In this document: positions 21,370 through 32,526 of the stretch, in pieces
How the letters are laid out: the number at the start of each line of letters is the position of its first letter
How positions within the stretch are numbered: the first letter of the stretch is position 1
NCBI GenBank assembly: GCA_017887445.1
Contig: JAGHIA010000009.1
Coordinates: 1,615-65,614 of the forward strand
From: Fusicatenibacter sp.
Lineage (GTDB): Bacteria; Bacillota; Clostridia; Lachnospirales; Lachnospiraceae
Length of the DNA stretch: 64,000 nt
Direction: 5' to 3'
The notes under the pieces: generated by a model
Databases searched by the model: none
What the model was told of the DNA's origin: nothing
What the model saw: only the letters and a program-made list of their open reading frames with translations
Position numbers and translations under genes: made by a program

Positions 21370-22212
21370 TTACCAATACTTCCCAAAATATGTGTCGTGC
21401 AGGCAAAACCCGTGATTCATGGGGCCGCTCCCGGCGCCCAGATCCAGCATATCCGCCAGCGCCGCCGACAGATATTCTTTTGCCCGCTCCACCGATTCCT
21501 CCAGCGGATATCCCTTCGCCAGATTGGCGGCGATGGCGCTGGACAGGGTGCATCCGGTGCCGTGGGTGTTGGGATTGTCGATCCTTTTTCCCCGGAACCA
21601 GCGAAGGACACCGTCTTTATACAGCAGATCGTTGGCGTCGTTTCTCTGGTGCCCGCCTTTTAAGAGCACCGCCGTATGACACTCTGCCCCGATCTGCGCC
21701 GCAGCTTCCTCCATCTCCTGCTCAGTCACAATGCTCCGACCGGAGATCACTTCCGCCTCGGGAATGTTGGGCGTGATCACCGCAGCCAGGGGGAACAGTT
21801 CCTCCCGCATTACCTGCACCGCGTCCTCCTGCATCAGCCGGGAGCCGCTGGTGGCCACCATCACCGGGTCCACCACAATGTTTTTCGCGCCGTATTCCTT
21901 AAGTTTTCCCGCCGCCGCGCGCATCAGCGCCGCCGACGGCAGCATGCCGATCTTCACCGCGTCCGGCCGGATATCGGTAAATACACAGTCCAGCTGTTCC
22001 TCCAGAAACTCTGGCGTTACCTCCATCACAGAGCGCACGCCTGTGGTGTTCTGGGCGGTCAGAGCGGTGATAGCGCTCATTCCATAGACGCCGTTGACGA
22101 TCATGGTCTTAAGGTCCGCCTGGATCCCCGCGCCGCCGCTGGAATCACTGCCGGCGATGGTCAGCGCCGTTTTTATCCGTGACTCCGTACTTTTTTTCAT
22201 GTTTCTTTCCAT
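21370..22212 (-). CDS. thiD: Hydroxymethylpyrimidine/phosphomethylpyrimidine kinase
   Basis: AGSDSSGGAGIQADLKT and NPNTHGTGCTLSSAIAA. Start chosen at MERNMKK, preceded by AAGGAG and 6 nt; an ATG at 22200 is an alternative. Confidence 0.9.
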   Translation of the reverse strand: MERNMKKSTESRIKTALTIAGSDSSGGAGIQADLKTMIVNGVYGMSAITALTAQNTTGVRSVMEVTPEFLEEQLDCVFTDIRPDAVKIGMLPSAALMRAAAGKLKEYGAKNIVVDPVMVATSGSRLMQEDAVQVMREELFPLAAVITPNIPEAEVISGRSIVTEQEMEEAAAQIGAECHTAVLLKGGHQRNDANDLLYKDGVLRWFRGKRIDNPNTHGTGCTLSSAIAANLAKGYPLEESVERAKEYLSAALADMLDLGAGSGPMNHGFCLHDTYFGKYW

Positions 22213-22308
22213 CCTCTGCTCCTTATCTTTACCGGTTCCGCCAGATTTGCGCAGGAAATGCACAAGCCACCACCGCGGAGCGGCTTTCGGCGGCCGGCGG
22301 ATAAAACA

Positions 22309-23616
22309 TCATTCGTCAAAAATGCTGACGATCTCTCCCTCCAGGATACGGTTCATATTTTTCACCGCGCAGAAGTTTCCGCACATGCTGCAGGTATCTT
22401 CCTTCTCCGGCTTAGCCTCCTCACGGTAACGGCGCGCCTTCTCCGGATCGATGCACAGGCGGAACATTTCTTCCCAGTCCAGATTCTTTCTGGCTGTGCT
22501 CATCTCCCGGTCCCAATCGGCGGCGTGAGGGATGCCCTTGGCGATATCCGCCGCGTGAGCCGCGATCTTGGAGGCGATAATTCCCTCCTTCACATCGTTG
22601 ACATCCGGCAGGCGCAGGTGCTCCGCCGGGGTCACATAACACAGGAAGGAAGCGCCGCTGGCCGCCGCGATAGCTCCGCCGATCGCCGCCGTGATGTGGT
22701 CGTAGCCCGGGGCCACGTCCGTCACCAGAGGCCCGAGTACATAGAACGGCGCGCCCTGACAGATGGTCTGCTGGATCTTCATGTTTGCCTCGATCTGGTT
22801 CAGCGGCATATGCCCCGGTCCCTCAATGATGACCTGCACATCCTTCGCCCACGCCCTTCTGGTCAGCTCACCCAGAGTCACCAGTTCCTCGATCTGGGAG
22901 ATATCTCCCGCGTCCGCCAGACAGCCGGGACGGCAGGCGTCGCCAAGGCTTAACGTCACATCGTACTCCCGGCAGATGTCCAGGATCCTGTCGTAATGCT
23001 CATAAAACGGATTTTCCTGTCCGGTCATCTCCATCCAGGCGAAGATGATGGAGCCGCCGCGGGACACGATGTTTGTCAGACGTTTCGCCTCCTTGAACCG
23101 CTGGGCCGTGCGCCTGTTGATGCCCACATGGATGGTCATAAAGTCCACGCCGTCCTTCGCGTGCATCTCCACGATCTTGATCCACTCCTCGGAGGTGATC
23201 TCCTTCAGCGCCTTGTGGTAGTACACCACCGCGTCGTAAATGGGCACGGTACCGATGATGGCCGGGCACTCCGCGGTGAGCTTTCTGCGGAATTTCTGCG
23301 TGTCGCCGAAAGAGCTCAGGTCCATGATGGACTCGGCGCCCATCTTCACCGCGTCGTTGACCTTTTCCAGCTCCATATCCAGGTCCTTCCAGTCTCTGGA
23401 GGTTCCCAGGTTTACGTTGATCTTGGTCTTCAGCATCGAGCCGATGCCGTTGACCTCCAGGCAGGTGTGCAGTTTATTGGCGGGGATCGCTACCTTTCCC
23501 TCGGCCACAAGGCCGCGCAGCGTCTCCGGATCCATATACTCTTTCTTCGCCACACATTCCATTTCTTTTGTGATGATGCCTTTTCTCGCGGCATCCATCT
23601 GTGTCGTATAATCCAT
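22309..23616 (-). CDS. thiC: Phosphomethylpyrimidine synthase
   Basis: Start trimmed to [19 protein letters not shown], because the track ORF runs through the riboswitch. C-terminal Fe-S motif [10 protein letters not shown]. Confidence 0.95.
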   Translation of the reverse strand: MDYTTQMDAARKGIITKEMECVAKKEYMDPETLRGLVAEGKVAIPANKLHTCLEVNGIGSMLKTKINVNLGTSRDWKDLDMELEKVNDAVKMGAESIMDLSSFGDTQKFRRKLTAECPAIIGTVPIYDAVVYYHKALKEITSEEWIKIVEMHAKDGVDFMTIHVGINRRTAQRFKEAKRLTNIVSRGGSIIFAWMEMTGQENPFYEHYDRILDICREYDVTLSLGDACRPGCLADAGDISQIEELVTLGELTRRAWAKDVQVIIEGPGHMPLNQIEANMKIQQTICQGAPFYVLGPLVTDVAPGYDHITAAIGGAIAAASGASFLCYVTPAEHLRLPDVNDVKEGIIASKIAAHAADIAKGIPHAADWDREMSTARKNLDWEEMFRLCIDPEKARRYREEAKPEKEDTCSMCGNFCAVKNMNRILEGEIVSIFDE

Positions 23617-23647
23617 ACTGTCTCTTCCTTTCTGTATTTTCTGTAAG

Positions 23648-23682
23648 CAAAAAACCTCTGTTCCACGCAGGAACAGAGGTTT
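23648..23682 (-). terminator. Terminator (expression platform of the TPP riboswitch)
   Basis: The minus strand reads AAACCTCTGTTCC-tgcg-tGGAACAGAGGTTT followed by TTTTGC. Confidence 0.8.
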
Positions 23683-23714
23683 ACGCCCATTGCCGCGACC
23701 CCGGATACGGTCCT

Positions 23715-23817
23715 CTGAAACATTCCCTACGTTGGCATTACCCAAATCAGGTGATACAGGTCGAAGTTGATGACTTCCTCTCAGCCCGCCTACGAGCTCC
23801 CTGGTTCTGTGTCTCAG
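23715..23817 (-). promoter_or_regulatory. TPP (THI-box) riboswitch
   Basis: The minus strand reads CTGAGAC...GGGAGCTCGTAGGCGGGCTGAGAGGAAGTCATCAACTTCGACCTGTATCACCTGATTTGGGTAATGCCAACGTAGGGAATGTTTCAG. It contains CTGAGA, ACCTGAT and GCC-A-ACG-TAGGGA. Confidence 0.88.
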
Positions 23818-23844
23818 TTTAGCACTTTGCCGCACATGCGTCAA

Positions 23845-25203
23845 TCACTTTTTCTGTTTCTCAAAGCCGTACACCCATTTTCCCCGCAGGAACAGGGCCA
23901 GGAAGATCACAGAGCTGATGCTCCAGGTCAGTGGGTACGCCCAGAAGACCACCCGGATATCCGGAATAAAATGTACGGTGACGGTAATGTAGGTCACACG
24001 GAGGATGCACCAGACGCACAGCATAACGATCATCGGGACCGTGGCCTGCCCGGAGCCGCGCAGGATTGCCGCGATACAGTGTGAGAACGCCAGCAGACAG
24101 TAAAACAGCGTGACGGTCCTGGCCTGAGCCACGCCGTAGGTGATCACCTCCGGATCGCTGTTGAAAGCCGCGATCAGCAGCGGGGCCGCCAGGTTGATCA
24201 CAATGCCCACCAGCTCCGCCAGCGTGACGGAGCACAGGATTCCGAAACGCGCGCCTTTTTTCGCCCGTTCATACTGCTTCGCGCCCAGGTTCTGGCTGAC
24301 AAAGGTGGTCAGGGCCATGGTGAAGCAGGTAACCGGAAGGAAACCGAAGCCTTCGATCTTTGAGTAAGCGCCGCACCCGGCCATGGCCATCCGCCCGAAG
24401 GAGTTGATGTTTGACTGCACCACCACGTTTGCCAGGGCGATCACCGAGTTCTGGAACCCGGACGGAAGACCGTTGGCGATAATCTGACGCAGCATCGGCA
24501 GATCAAACCGGATATTCCGCAAATACAGCCGGTATTCCTCCGGCGCCCGCAGCAGATGGTTCATACAGAGAAATGCGCTGGCAAACTGAGAAATGATCGT
24601 CGCCAGAGCCGCCGACCACACGCCCCATCGGAACACTGCCACGAACAGCAGGTCCAGCGCCACATTGATGCAGGAAGAAACGATCAGGTAGATCAGCGGA
24701 TGGCGGCTGTCCCCCACCGACTGATGAATGCCCACGCAGATATTATACAGGACAAATCCGATGGAACCGGCAAAATACATGCGGAAATACTCGGTGGACT
24801 GGGGCAGCACCTCCGCGGGAGTTCCCATCAGCACCAGGATCTTCGGAGCGAAAAACATACCGATCACCGTCAGCGCCGCTCCCGCCGCCAGGCCGAAGGC
24901 CACCGTCGTATGGATCGCCGTCTGCAGCCGTTCAATCTGCCGCGCGCCGTAATACCTGGCGATGACCACCCCGGCGCCGAGAGCGATGCCGTTGAAGAAA
25001 CCCACCATCAGGAAGATCAGGTTGCCGGAAGAGCTGACCGCCGCCAGGGCGTTGCTCCCGAGAAAGTTTCCCACGATCAGGGAATCGGCAGTATTGTACA
25101 GCTGCTGGAACAGGTTGCCCAGAAACAGCGGGATCGCGAAAAAGATCATCTTCTTTGAAATACTGCCCTCTGTCATTAATGTCTTTGTGCCTTGTGTGCT
25201 CAT
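23845..25203 (-). CDS. MATE family efflux transporter
   Basis: 452 aa with 12 hydrophobic segments. The N-terminus IPLFLGNLFQQLYNTADSLIVGNFLG is typical of MATE proteins. Confidence 0.9.
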   Translation of the reverse strand: MSTQGTKTLMTEGSISKKMIFFAIPLFLGNLFQQLYNTADSLIVGNFLGSNALAAVSSSGNLIFLMVGFFNGIALGAGVVIARYYGARQIERLQTAIHTTVAFGLAAGAALTVIGMFFAPKILVLMGTPAEVLPQSTEYFRMYFAGSIGFVLYNICVGIHQSVGDSRHPLIYLIVSSCINVALDLLFVAVFRWGVWSAALATIISQFASAFLCMNHLLRAPEEYRLYLRNIRFDLPMLRQIIANGLPSGFQNSVIALANVVVQSNINSFGRMAMAGCGAYSKIEGFGFLPVTCFTMALTTFVSQNLGAKQYERAKKGARFGILCSVTLAELVGIVINLAAPLLIAAFNSDPEVITYGVAQARTVTLFYCLLAFSHCIAAILRGSGQATVPMIVMLCVWCILRVTYITVTVHFIPDIRVVFWAYPLTWSISSVIFLALFLRGKWVYGFEKQKK

Positions 25204-25295
25204 GTCACAGTTCTCCTAGGATTCATCAGATGTAGGGAGGGTGTGGCGGCCGCCGGCAAAAAAACGGCCGTGAAAACTCCTCAAAAATTTGCAAC

Positions 25296-25438
25296 CATTC
25301 AACCAGCGAAACGGTTACGAAAAATAGTTACGGCATCCGGCCATTGAAAACCCGCTATGCGATGGGCCGGATGCCCACAGGCACTACGTTTTCATACGGT
25401 CTGCGCAGTAAATGCGCAGACCTGGCTGAATAGTCACC
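25296..25438. repeat. Family-B/C composite repeat
   Basis: Contains AACGGTTACG, GGCATCCGGCC...GGGCCGGATGCC, TTTTCATACGGTCTGCGCAGtaaaTGCGCAGACCTGGCTGAATAG. It is the inverse orientation of the copies at 43716 and 51679. Confidence 0.8.
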
Positions 25439-25602
25439 AAAGATTTTACTATATTTTTTGAAAAAAGTTAATACCCTGTGTGCATCTTCCTTTTTTTCTG
25501 CTATACTAAGGTGTCAAGGACAAAAGCGGGCGCCCGCGCCGCAAACAGCAAGTGTTTGCGGCTGCTGTGAACAGTAACGATGGGTTCCGGAAACTCATCC
25601 CT

Positions 25603-25645
25603 CACAAACTGTGACCCACGTCCGGCGCAATTTTCAAACACGCTC
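25603..25645. repeat. Family-A repeat arm (variant)
   Basis: CACAAACTGTGAC-CACG...GCAATTTTCAAACACGCTC. Compare 12190-12236 and 32560-32527. Confidence 0.7.
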
Positions 25646-25681
25646 GAAAACGGCAAAAAATTTTGACAACAGAGGTAAATA

Positions 25682-27010
25682 ATGAACACACAGGATTTTC
25701 TTCAAAAACCGGTGCGGGAAATTTTCTTCCGCTACCTGCTCCCGTCGATCCTCGGAACGATGGTGACTTCCATTTATGTGCTGGCCGATACCATCATCAT
25801 CGGCAAAGGCATCGGGGCCGTGGCAATGGCCGCCCTGAACATTGCCCTCCCCGTGTACAATATTTTCTTCGGCTTCGGCCTGCTGTTTGGAGTGGGCGGC
25901 TCCGTGCTCATGTCCATCTCCCGTGGAAAAGGTGAAACCCAGCGGGCCAACGGCTACTTTACGGCTTCTCTTCTCTTAACGCTGGCGTTTCTGGCGGCGT
26001 CCATGGTGATCTGCGTTTTCTTTATGGAAGAGATTGCCTGGCTTCTTGGCGGCACAGAGGAGACGATGCCCTATATTATGGAATATCTGCCCTATATCGT
26101 CTGGGGCATGGGCGCGTTCTTCTTTTCCGCCTACCTGCAGACTTTCGTGCGCAACGACGGCGCTCCAAAGCTGGCCATGAACAGCGTGATCATCGGCGGA
26201 GTCACGAATATTATTCTGGACTACGTTTTCGTCTATCCCATGGATCTGGGAATGGGCGGGGCGGCGCTGGCCACAGTGATCGGCTCTGTGCTGACGGTGG
26301 CGATCCTTATGAGCCATTTCTTCTCGGGAAAAAATCAGCTGCAGGTCACTGTAAAGGGCATCCGCCCGGCGTTTTTCCGGGATATTATGGTCAACGGCTT
26401 CTCCAGCTTCTTTATCGAGGCGGCCTCCGGCCTGACGATCTTCGTGTTTAACCTGCAGCTTCTGCGGTATGTGGGAAACACAGGCGTTACGGTGTTCGGC
26501 GTCATCAGCAATACAGCCATCGTTGTCACCTGCCTGTGCAAGGGAATCAACCAGGCGGCGCAGCCAATCCTTTCCACAAACTTTGGCGCGGGAGAGACAA
26601 AGCGCATCTACCAGGTCCTGACACTGGCGCTCAAAACCTCCGCGGTGGTCTGCGCAGTTCCGGTGGCGCTGGGACTGATCGTCCCGGACATGTTTACTTA
26701 CATTTTCCTGCATCCGGACGCAGAAATCCTGGCGCTGTCCGCGCCGGCTGTCCGCATTTACTTTGTGGGATTTCTGCTGATGGGCATTAACATGGTCTTT
26801 ATCTGCTACTTCCAGGCGGTATTCAAAAACGGCTGCTCCCTGCTGCTGTGCCTGCTCCGCGGGTGTGTGCTGGTCATTCTCTTCGCGTACCTGCTCCCGG
26901 CGTTTCTTGATCTTACCGGCATCTGGGCCGCTTTTCCGGCGGCGGAGCTGGTGACGATGGTCATCGGCATCTGGCTGACGGCGCGAACAGTGAAAAAAGA
27001 GCTTGGCTAG
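25682..27010 (+). CDS. MATE family efflux transporter
   Basis: 442 aa, multi-pass, with LPSILGTMVTSIYVLADTIIIGKGIG at the N-terminus. It is divergent from the other MATE gene. Confidence 0.9.
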   Translation: MNTQDFLQKPVREIFFRYLLPSILGTMVTSIYVLADTIIIGKGIGAVAMAALNIALPVYNIFFGFGLLFGVGGSVLMSISRGKGETQRANGYFTASLLLTLAFLAASMVICVFFMEEIAWLLGGTEETMPYIMEYLPYIVWGMGAFFFSAYLQTFVRNDGAPKLAMNSVIIGGVTNIILDYVFVYPMDLGMGGAALATVIGSVLTVAILMSHFFSGKNQLQVTVKGIRPAFFRDIMVNGFSSFFIEAASGLTIFVFNLQLLRYVGNTGVTVFGVISNTAIVVTCLCKGINQAAQPILSTNFGAGETKRIYQVLTLALKTSAVVCAVPVALGLIVPDMFTYIFLHPDAEILALSAPAVRIYFVGFLLMGINMVFICYFQAVFKNGCSLLLCLLRGCVLVILFAYLLPAFLDLTGIWAAFPAAELVTMVIGIWLTARTVKKELG

Positions 27011-27111
27011 AATAACCGGGCAGTTCCGTTGACGCAGAATATTTACCGTCGCAGGCGTAACGTGCTGCACCGTCTTTTTAACATGCGTACCCGGAAAACA
27101 GTAATTTTCAC

Positions 27112-27148
27112 AAAAAGGCGCCCGCTCTCTTTTTGAGCAGCGGGCGCC
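27112..27148 (-). terminator. Rho-independent terminator downstream of the pepP-like gene
   Basis: A 10-bp GC stem (GGCGCCCGCT pairs with AGCGGGCGCC) followed on the minus strand by TTTTTGTG. Confidence 0.65.
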
Positions 27149-27188
27149 TGTGACGCACCTCTTGTAAAAGGCAATTTTCAAACAAGCA

Positions 27189-28445
27189 TTAGCGTACTTT
27201 TTTCTTCATATAAAATTCGATTTCCGGTATGGTGCGGGGAATGTCCGCGGACAGATTTTCGCAGCCGTCTTCTGTAATCAGACAGTTATCTTCGATCCGG
27301 AAACCGATGCCCCATTCCTCATGATAGATGCCGATGTCCACACAGAATACCATACCCGGCGCGACCTTTTCCGGTGTCTGGACCATATCATGGCAGTCGT
27401 ACCCGATATGGTGCGCTCCGCCATGCCACATATAGGTCCCGATCTCCCCATAGTTTCTGCAGACACCTGCCTCCTTCAGCCGCTCAAAATTATACTTTCT
27501 TGCGGTCTGATCTACCTCCCGCATCAGAAACCCAGGTTTCAGGATCTCAAACATATGATTGGAAGTCGCAAGGGCACATTCATACAGAAGCTTCTGCTTT
27601 TCGGTAAATGTTCCATTGCAGGGCCATCCCCTGGACACGTCGGTGACCAGGCCGTTCCATCTGGCGCCCACATCGTTCAGGACCATGTCTCCGTCCTTCG
27701 CCTGTCCTGTGTAACTGTAATAGTGGATGCAGAAATTGTTCTGCCCCGCGGATATGATCGGAGGAAAACCGCTGCCTTCTGTTCCATACTGTCCCAGAAC
27801 ATAATCAAACTCTGCCTTATACTGATATTCGTACATTCCCGGGCGGGACGCTTTCATCATGGCGCGGATCCCTTCTCCGGTGATTACTTCCGCCTTCCTG
27901 ATCGCCTGGATCTCACAGGGCTGCTTGATCGTCCGGAGCTTTCTCAGAACCGGCGCCGCGTTTTCCTGCTTCAGATAAGGATACTGCGCGGACACTTCTC
28001 TTTGGAAACGATGAACGGAAGTATCCATATCCTGCGGATCATATTTCTCCGCATCCAGATAAACCGCGCTGTAATTTCCGGAAACCGCCAGCCTGTGAAA
28101 ATCACCGCAAAACTGACTGTCGTACCCGAAGCTTTCCATACCGGACTGGTCAGCCGCCTCCTGTGCCTTGATCCTTTTTCCACTCCAGCGCTCCGCCAGC
28201 ATATCCGGTGTGCGAAGATAAAGCTTCTCCCAGACCTCTCCACCGGATCTTTTTCCCGCCAGCAGAACCAGACCTTTTTCCTGCAGGCCGGTTAGATAAA
28301 GGAAATTCCGGTTTCCAAAGTAATCATAGCACTCGTCCGCCGATCTTCTGATCTCGTCTCCAGAGAAAATCACCGCAAGGGAGCCTTCCGGCAGATGGCG
28401 GTACAGACGATCCCGGTTTCCCATGTAATACTCTTTGTTCATCAT
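27189..28445 (-). CDS. M24-family Xaa-Pro aminopeptidase-like protein
   Basis: Creatinase/prolidase-type N-domain plus pita-bread motifs ([32 protein letters not shown]). The start MMNKEYY overlaps the kbl stop. Confidence 0.8.
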   Translation of the reverse strand: MMNKEYYMGNRDRLYRHLPEGSLAVIFSGDEIRRSADECYDYFGNRNFLYLTGLQEKGLVLLAGKRSGGEVWEKLYLRTPDMLAERWSGKRIKAQEAADQSGMESFGYDSQFCGDFHRLAVSGNYSAVYLDAEKYDPQDMDTSVHRFQREVSAQYPYLKQENAAPVLRKLRTIKQPCEIQAIRKAEVITGEGIRAMMKASRPGMYEYQYKAEFDYVLGQYGTEGSGFPPIISAGQNNFCIHYYSYTGQAKDGDMVLNDVGARWNGLVTDVSRGWPCNGTFTEKQKLLYECALATSNHMFEILKPGFLMREVDQTARKYNFERLKEAGVCRNYGEIGTYMWHGGAHHIGYDCHDMVQTPEKVAPGMVFCVDIGIYHEEWGIGFRIEDNCLITEDGCENLSADIPRTIPEIEFYMKKKVR

Positions 28446-29641
28446 TTCTGTTCCATCTCCGCTCTTACTTCTTGAAAGCATGTTACGATAAAGTCGATAT
28501 CTTCCTTCGTATGTGCCGCGGACACCTGGGTACGGATCCTTGCCTTTCCTTTGGGAACCACCGGATAAGAAAACGCCACCACATACACGCCTTTGTCCAT
28601 CATTCTCCCGGCAAACTCTGCCGCCGTCTTCTCATCATAGAGCATGACCGGCACACACGGATGGGTTCCTTCGATGATATCGAATCCATTCTCCGTCAGC
28701 AGCTTGCGGTAATACGCCGTCGTCTCTTCCAGATGATCCCGCAGAGCGGTGCTTTCCTCCAGCATATCGAACAGTTCCAGACTGGCGCCCACGATGGCCG
28801 GAGCCAGGGTATTGGAAAACAGATACGGACGGCTTCTCTGTCGGAGCAGATCGATGATCTCTTTTCTTCCGGAAGTATAGCCGCCGGACGCTCCGCCCAG
28901 CGCCTTTCCCAGCGTTCCCGTGATGATATCCACACGGCCTTCCACACCGCAGTACTCCGCGGTTCCACGTCCATGTTTTCCAAGGAAGCCAACGGCATGG
29001 CTGTCATCCACCATGACCAGCGCATGATACTTGTCCGCAAGGTCGCATACACCTTTCAGATTGCAGATGATCCCGTCCATGGAAAAAACGCCGTCTGTGG
29101 CGATCAGCTTGATCCTTGCCCCCGCCTGGTCTGCCTCTCTCAGCTTCTGTTCCAGATCTTCCATGTTGTTGTTTTTGTAACGATACCGCATTGCCTTGCA
29201 CAGACGGACGCCGTCGATGATCGACGCGTGGTTCAGCTCATCGCTGATGACCGCGTCCGCCGCGGTCAGGATCGTCTCGAACAATCCGCCGTTGGCGTCA
29301 AAGCAGGAAGAATACAAAATGGTGTCGTCCGTTCCGAGGAAACCGGAAATCTTTTTTTCCAGCTTTTTGTGAATATCCTGGGTTCCGCAGATAAAACGTA
29401 CCGACGCCAGACCGTACCCCCTCTCGTCATAGGTGCGTTTCGCCGCTTCGATCAGCCTTTGGCTGTCCCCCAGACCGAGATAGTTGTTCGCGCACATGTT
29501 GAGCACTTCTCTTCCATCCTCCAGGCGGACTCGCGCGCTCTGGGCCGAAGCGATGGGCGCTTCGGCCTTAAACAGGCCTGCCTCCCGGATCGCTTCCACC
29601 TCTTTTTTATAAATATCTAAAATATCATTTTTCCGTTCCAT
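28442..29641 (-). CDS. kbl: Glycine C-acetyltransferase (2-amino-3-ketobutyrate CoA ligase)
   Basis: 399 aa, alpha-oxoamine synthase family. [14 protein letters not shown] and the PLP lysine context [14 protein letters not shown]. Confidence 0.9.
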   Translation of the reverse strand: MERKNDILDIYKKEVEAIREAGLFKAEAPIASAQSARVRLEDGREVLNMCANNYLGLGDSQRLIEAAKRTYDERGYGLASVRFICGTQDIHKKLEKKISGFLGTDDTILYSSCFDANGGLFETILTAADAVISDELNHASIIDGVRLCKAMRYRYKNNNMEDLEQKLREADQAGARIKLIATDGVFSMDGIICNLKGVCDLADKYHALVMVDDSHAVGFLGKHGRGTAEYCGVEGRVDIITGTLGKALGGASGGYTSGRKEIIDLLRQRSRPYLFSNTLAPAIVGASLELFDMLEESTALRDHLEETTAYYRKLLTENGFDIIEGTHPCVPVMLYDEKTAAEFAGRMMDKGVYVVAFSYPVVPKGKARIRTQVSAAHTKEDIDFIVTCFQEVRAEMEQK

Positions 29642-29682
29642 GGTTCTGTCTTTTCCTCTTTTCCCGCTGAGTATGTTTTTGC

Positions 29683-30720
29683 TTATCCGTTCAGTTTTGT
29701 CCAGTCGAGAACAACTTTTCCTGACTGGCCGGAGATCATCGCGTCAAATCCCTTTTCATAGTCACGGATATCGAAGCGGTGTGTGATAATCCCGGAAATA
29801 TCCAGGCCCGCCTGGATCATGGTAGACATTTTGTACCAGGTATCCCAGACTTTTCTTCCATAAATCCCGCGGATGTTCAGTCCATTGAAAATGATCGTCT
29901 CAAGGTCCACCTGGGCATCCTGTCTTTGCAGTCCCAGAAGCGCGATCTTTCCGCCATGCTTCATGTTATGGATCATATCGGACAGTCCCGCCTGGCTGCC
30001 GGACATTTCCATTCCGATATCAAAACCTTCCGTCATGCCGATGGCTTTCATCACATCCGTCAGCTTCTCTTCCTTCAGGTTTACCGTCCTGGTGGCTCCA
30101 AGCTGCTTTGCCAGCGCAAGGCGGTAAGGATTCATATCCGTGATCACCACATGGCGGGCGCCGGCAAAGTTCGCGATGGCCGCAGCCATCATTCCGATGG
30201 GACCGGCTCCCGTGATCAGCACGTCCTCCCCCAGAACATCATAAGACAGAGCCGTGTGGGTCGCGTTTCCCAGCGGATCAAAGATCGCGTACAGCTCTTC
30301 CGGAATGTTCGGATTGCACGGCCACACGTTGGAGGCCGGAAGGACCAGATACTCCGCGAAGGCACCGCTGCGGTTTACGCCCACGCCTTTGGCGTCCTTA
30401 CAGTTTTCCTTGTGTCCCTCCAGGCAGTTCCGGCATTTTCCGCAGGTAATATGACCTTCCCCGGATACCAGGTCGCCGATGCGGAAGCCCTTGACGCCCT
30501 CTCCAACCTCAGCAACCTCTCCGACGAACTCATGGCCTGCGGTCAGTCCTACCGGGATGGTGTGCTGCGCCCATTCGTTCCACTGATAAATATGTACGTC
30601 CGTACCGCAGATGGCCGTTTTGCGGATTTTAATCTTTACATCATTGGGCCCCACCTCCGGAACCGGTACCTGTTTCATCCACAGGCCGGCTTGTGGTTTT
30701 TCCTTTACCAGGGCCCACAT
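29683..30720 (-). CDS. tdh: L-threonine 3-dehydrogenase
   Basis: Zn-ADH motifs AICGTDVHI and GHEFVGEV, plus [10 protein letters not shown]. Start moved to the ATG at 30720 (MWALVKEK), preceded by AAGGAATAT. The track start is a GTG with no RBS spacing. Confidence 0.9.
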   Translation of the reverse strand: MWALVKEKPQAGLWMKQVPVPEVGPNDVKIKIRKTAICGTDVHIYQWNEWAQHTIPVGLTAGHEFVGEVAEVGEGVKGFRIGDLVSGEGHITCGKCRNCLEGHKENCKDAKGVGVNRSGAFAEYLVLPASNVWPCNPNIPEELYAIFDPLGNATHTALSYDVLGEDVLITGAGPIGMMAAAIANFAGARHVVITDMNPYRLALAKQLGATRTVNLKEEKLTDVMKAIGMTEGFDIGMEMSGSQAGLSDMIHNMKHGGKIALLGLQRQDAQVDLETIIFNGLNIRGIYGRKVWDTWYKMSTMIQAGLDISGIITHRFDIRDYEKGFDAMISGQSGKVVLDWTKLNG

Positions 30721-30756
30721 ATATTCCTTCTTCTGCACGGTATCCACTCCCTTCGC

Positions 30757-32505
30757 TTATTTTCTTCTGACAGAGATCTGCCCCGCAGCAGGAACCTGGA
30801 GCGCCAACAGATCCAAGGGGCCGTCATGGCGGGATGTCCGGACCACTTCACCCATACAGTCTTTGATAACAACTTCATACTGTCCCGCGGTTTCCGATTC
30901 AAGAATGATCCTGGTCCCCTTTGTTCCGTTCAGGACGATATAGTCATCCACCTCTTCCGGAAGCTTCACCGCTTTGTTTTCCGAGTACACAGCGGCGATT
31001 CCCTGTTCTTTGCCAACTGACCACACGATCGGATACAAGTTGTGCGGCTCCTGCGGACGAATCTGCTGTTTCTGGAGAACGTCCTTGTGCTCTTTCATAA
31101 ATCCCACCCAGAAGCGCAGCATGTTTCTCATATCTTCGGTGGAATCTTCCAGTTTGACAGAGATCTGTACCGTGGAAAAAATGCTGGAGATGATCTGAAG
31201 CGCGGCCAGCTCCGGTTTCTCATCCATATGCCACATCAGCGGATCGGAGTGAACGGTGGTGGAGCCGGAAAGCATTCTCAGATCCACAATCCCCACTCTG
31301 TTCCGGATCGCGGAGTTGGGGCAATCGGTCACACGGAACATATTTCCATATCTTCTCATATTGGGACCGATATAACGCTGACGGAACTCTATCATAATGT
31401 CCGGTTTCTCTTTTGACAGACTCTCATAAATCTGGGTCATCAGAGTGTCCAGGGCCTCCTGCACGCTCTTAAAGTCCATCCCCTCCTGATACGCCGGCGA
31501 CTCGCTTCTCTCCATGATTTCATCGATAAAATCAAGCTTAAAGCCGTCCAGATCCCATTCTCTTACTGCCTTCACATAAGTTTCTGTCAGATAAGCTCTC
31601 ACTTCCGGATACCGGGGATCCAGCACGCCTGTGTTCACAGTCGGATCCGCGTTGAAACAGAGCAGCTTGTCTTTGAACGCCTCCCAGTGTCTGGAATTTT
31701 TTCCGATAAACGGCACGCTGTACCAGATCATATATTTCATGCCCATATCGTGTACCTTCCGGATATGGCCTTTGAAATCCGGAAATCTGTTCCGGGAAAC
31801 CTCCCAGTCCCCGCAGAACGCGTAGCCTCTGTTATTGTCGTCCGTCTGCCACCCGTCGTCCAGGATCACCGTCTGAAAGCCGGCCTCTGAGGCCAGTCTG
31901 CATTCTTTCTCGATCTCCGCACCGGTCAGATTCTGATGGTAGGAATACCAGGTAGAGTAAACCGGCTCCCGGGTTGCCTCCGCAGGAACGATCGGAGCCA
32001 GGCCACAATCCTCCTCCCACCATCTGGAAACATTGGCAATAGACTCATAAAACGGGAGATTTCTTCTGTCCATCAGAAGATCCATCTCGTAGGTTCCTGT
32101 TCTGACAACGTAGGCATCCGGTACTCTGATCTGGAACAGCACGGTACCGTCCTCTTCATGGATACCCGCTTTTATGTCCATAATTTCTTTTGCCTCAGAA
32201 ACCGCTATGGTAAATCTGTTCTGGCCGTCTTCGCTGAACACGCTCATGACCGGCGCTGAACTTGCGGTCATGCTTCTGTAATATCCGGCCCAGTCCGCGT
32301 TGATGGAACGGTTGAATCCACAGCTCGGATGCCAGATTCCGGCACAGTCCAGATATGGGAACGTCCATACCAGTTCGCTGGAACCTTCTGCCCCCGCCTC
32401 GCTGCCAATCCATTCAAAGTTCACATGATACACAAAAACATCTTTTTCCGTGAGATCAATCTCAACCCGTATTGCATTTCCTGTTTTTATTTCTGGCGTC
32501 ATCAT
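30757..32505 (-). CDS. GH36/GH27-clan alpha-galactosidase-like glycoside hydrolase
   Basis: 582 aa. ILDDGWQ, the TIM-barrel segment DLDGFKLDFID and RVTDCP. It diverges from canonical AgaA. Confidence 0.65.
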   Translation of the reverse strand: MMTPEIKTGNAIRVEIDLTEKDVFVYHVNFEWIGSEAGAEGSSELVWTFPYLDCAGIWHPSCGFNRSINADWAGYYRSMTASSAPVMSVFSEDGQNRFTIAVSEAKEIMDIKAGIHEEDGTVLFQIRVPDAYVVRTGTYEMDLLMDRRNLPFYESIANVSRWWEEDCGLAPIVPAEATREPVYSTWYSYHQNLTGAEIEKECRLASEAGFQTVILDDGWQTDDNNRGYAFCGDWEVSRNRFPDFKGHIRKVHDMGMKYMIWYSVPFIGKNSRHWEAFKDKLLCFNADPTVNTGVLDPRYPEVRAYLTETYVKAVREWDLDGFKLDFIDEIMERSESPAYQEGMDFKSVQEALDTLMTQIYESLSKEKPDIMIEFRQRYIGPNMRRYGNMFRVTDCPNSAIRNRVGIVDLRMLSGSTTVHSDPLMWHMDEKPELAALQIISSIFSTVQISVKLEDSTEDMRNMLRFWVGFMKEHKDVLQKQQIRPQEPHNLYPIVWSVGKEQGIAAVYSENKAVKLPEEVDDYIVLNGTKGTRIILESETAGQYEVVIKDCMGEVVRTSRHDGPLDLLALQVPAAGQISVRRK

Positions 32506-32526
32506 TTTTCTCTTATCCTCTCTGCT

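Noticed and set aside
22309-23844. N-terminally extended ORF-track calls: thiC to 23844, 2696..3517, 62896..63969, 9354..10385 and 18644..19306.
   Set aside because: The extensions run through a riboswitch, repeat elements or the preceding gene and lack conserved sequence. Internal ATGs with good RBS spacing and conserved N-termini were used instead.
23845-27010. The two divergent MATE transporters as a possible toxin-export or biosynthetic cluster.
   Set aside because: No biosynthetic, regulatory or immunity genes accompany them. The intergenic region is filled by the common repeats. This is an ordinary paralogous efflux pair.
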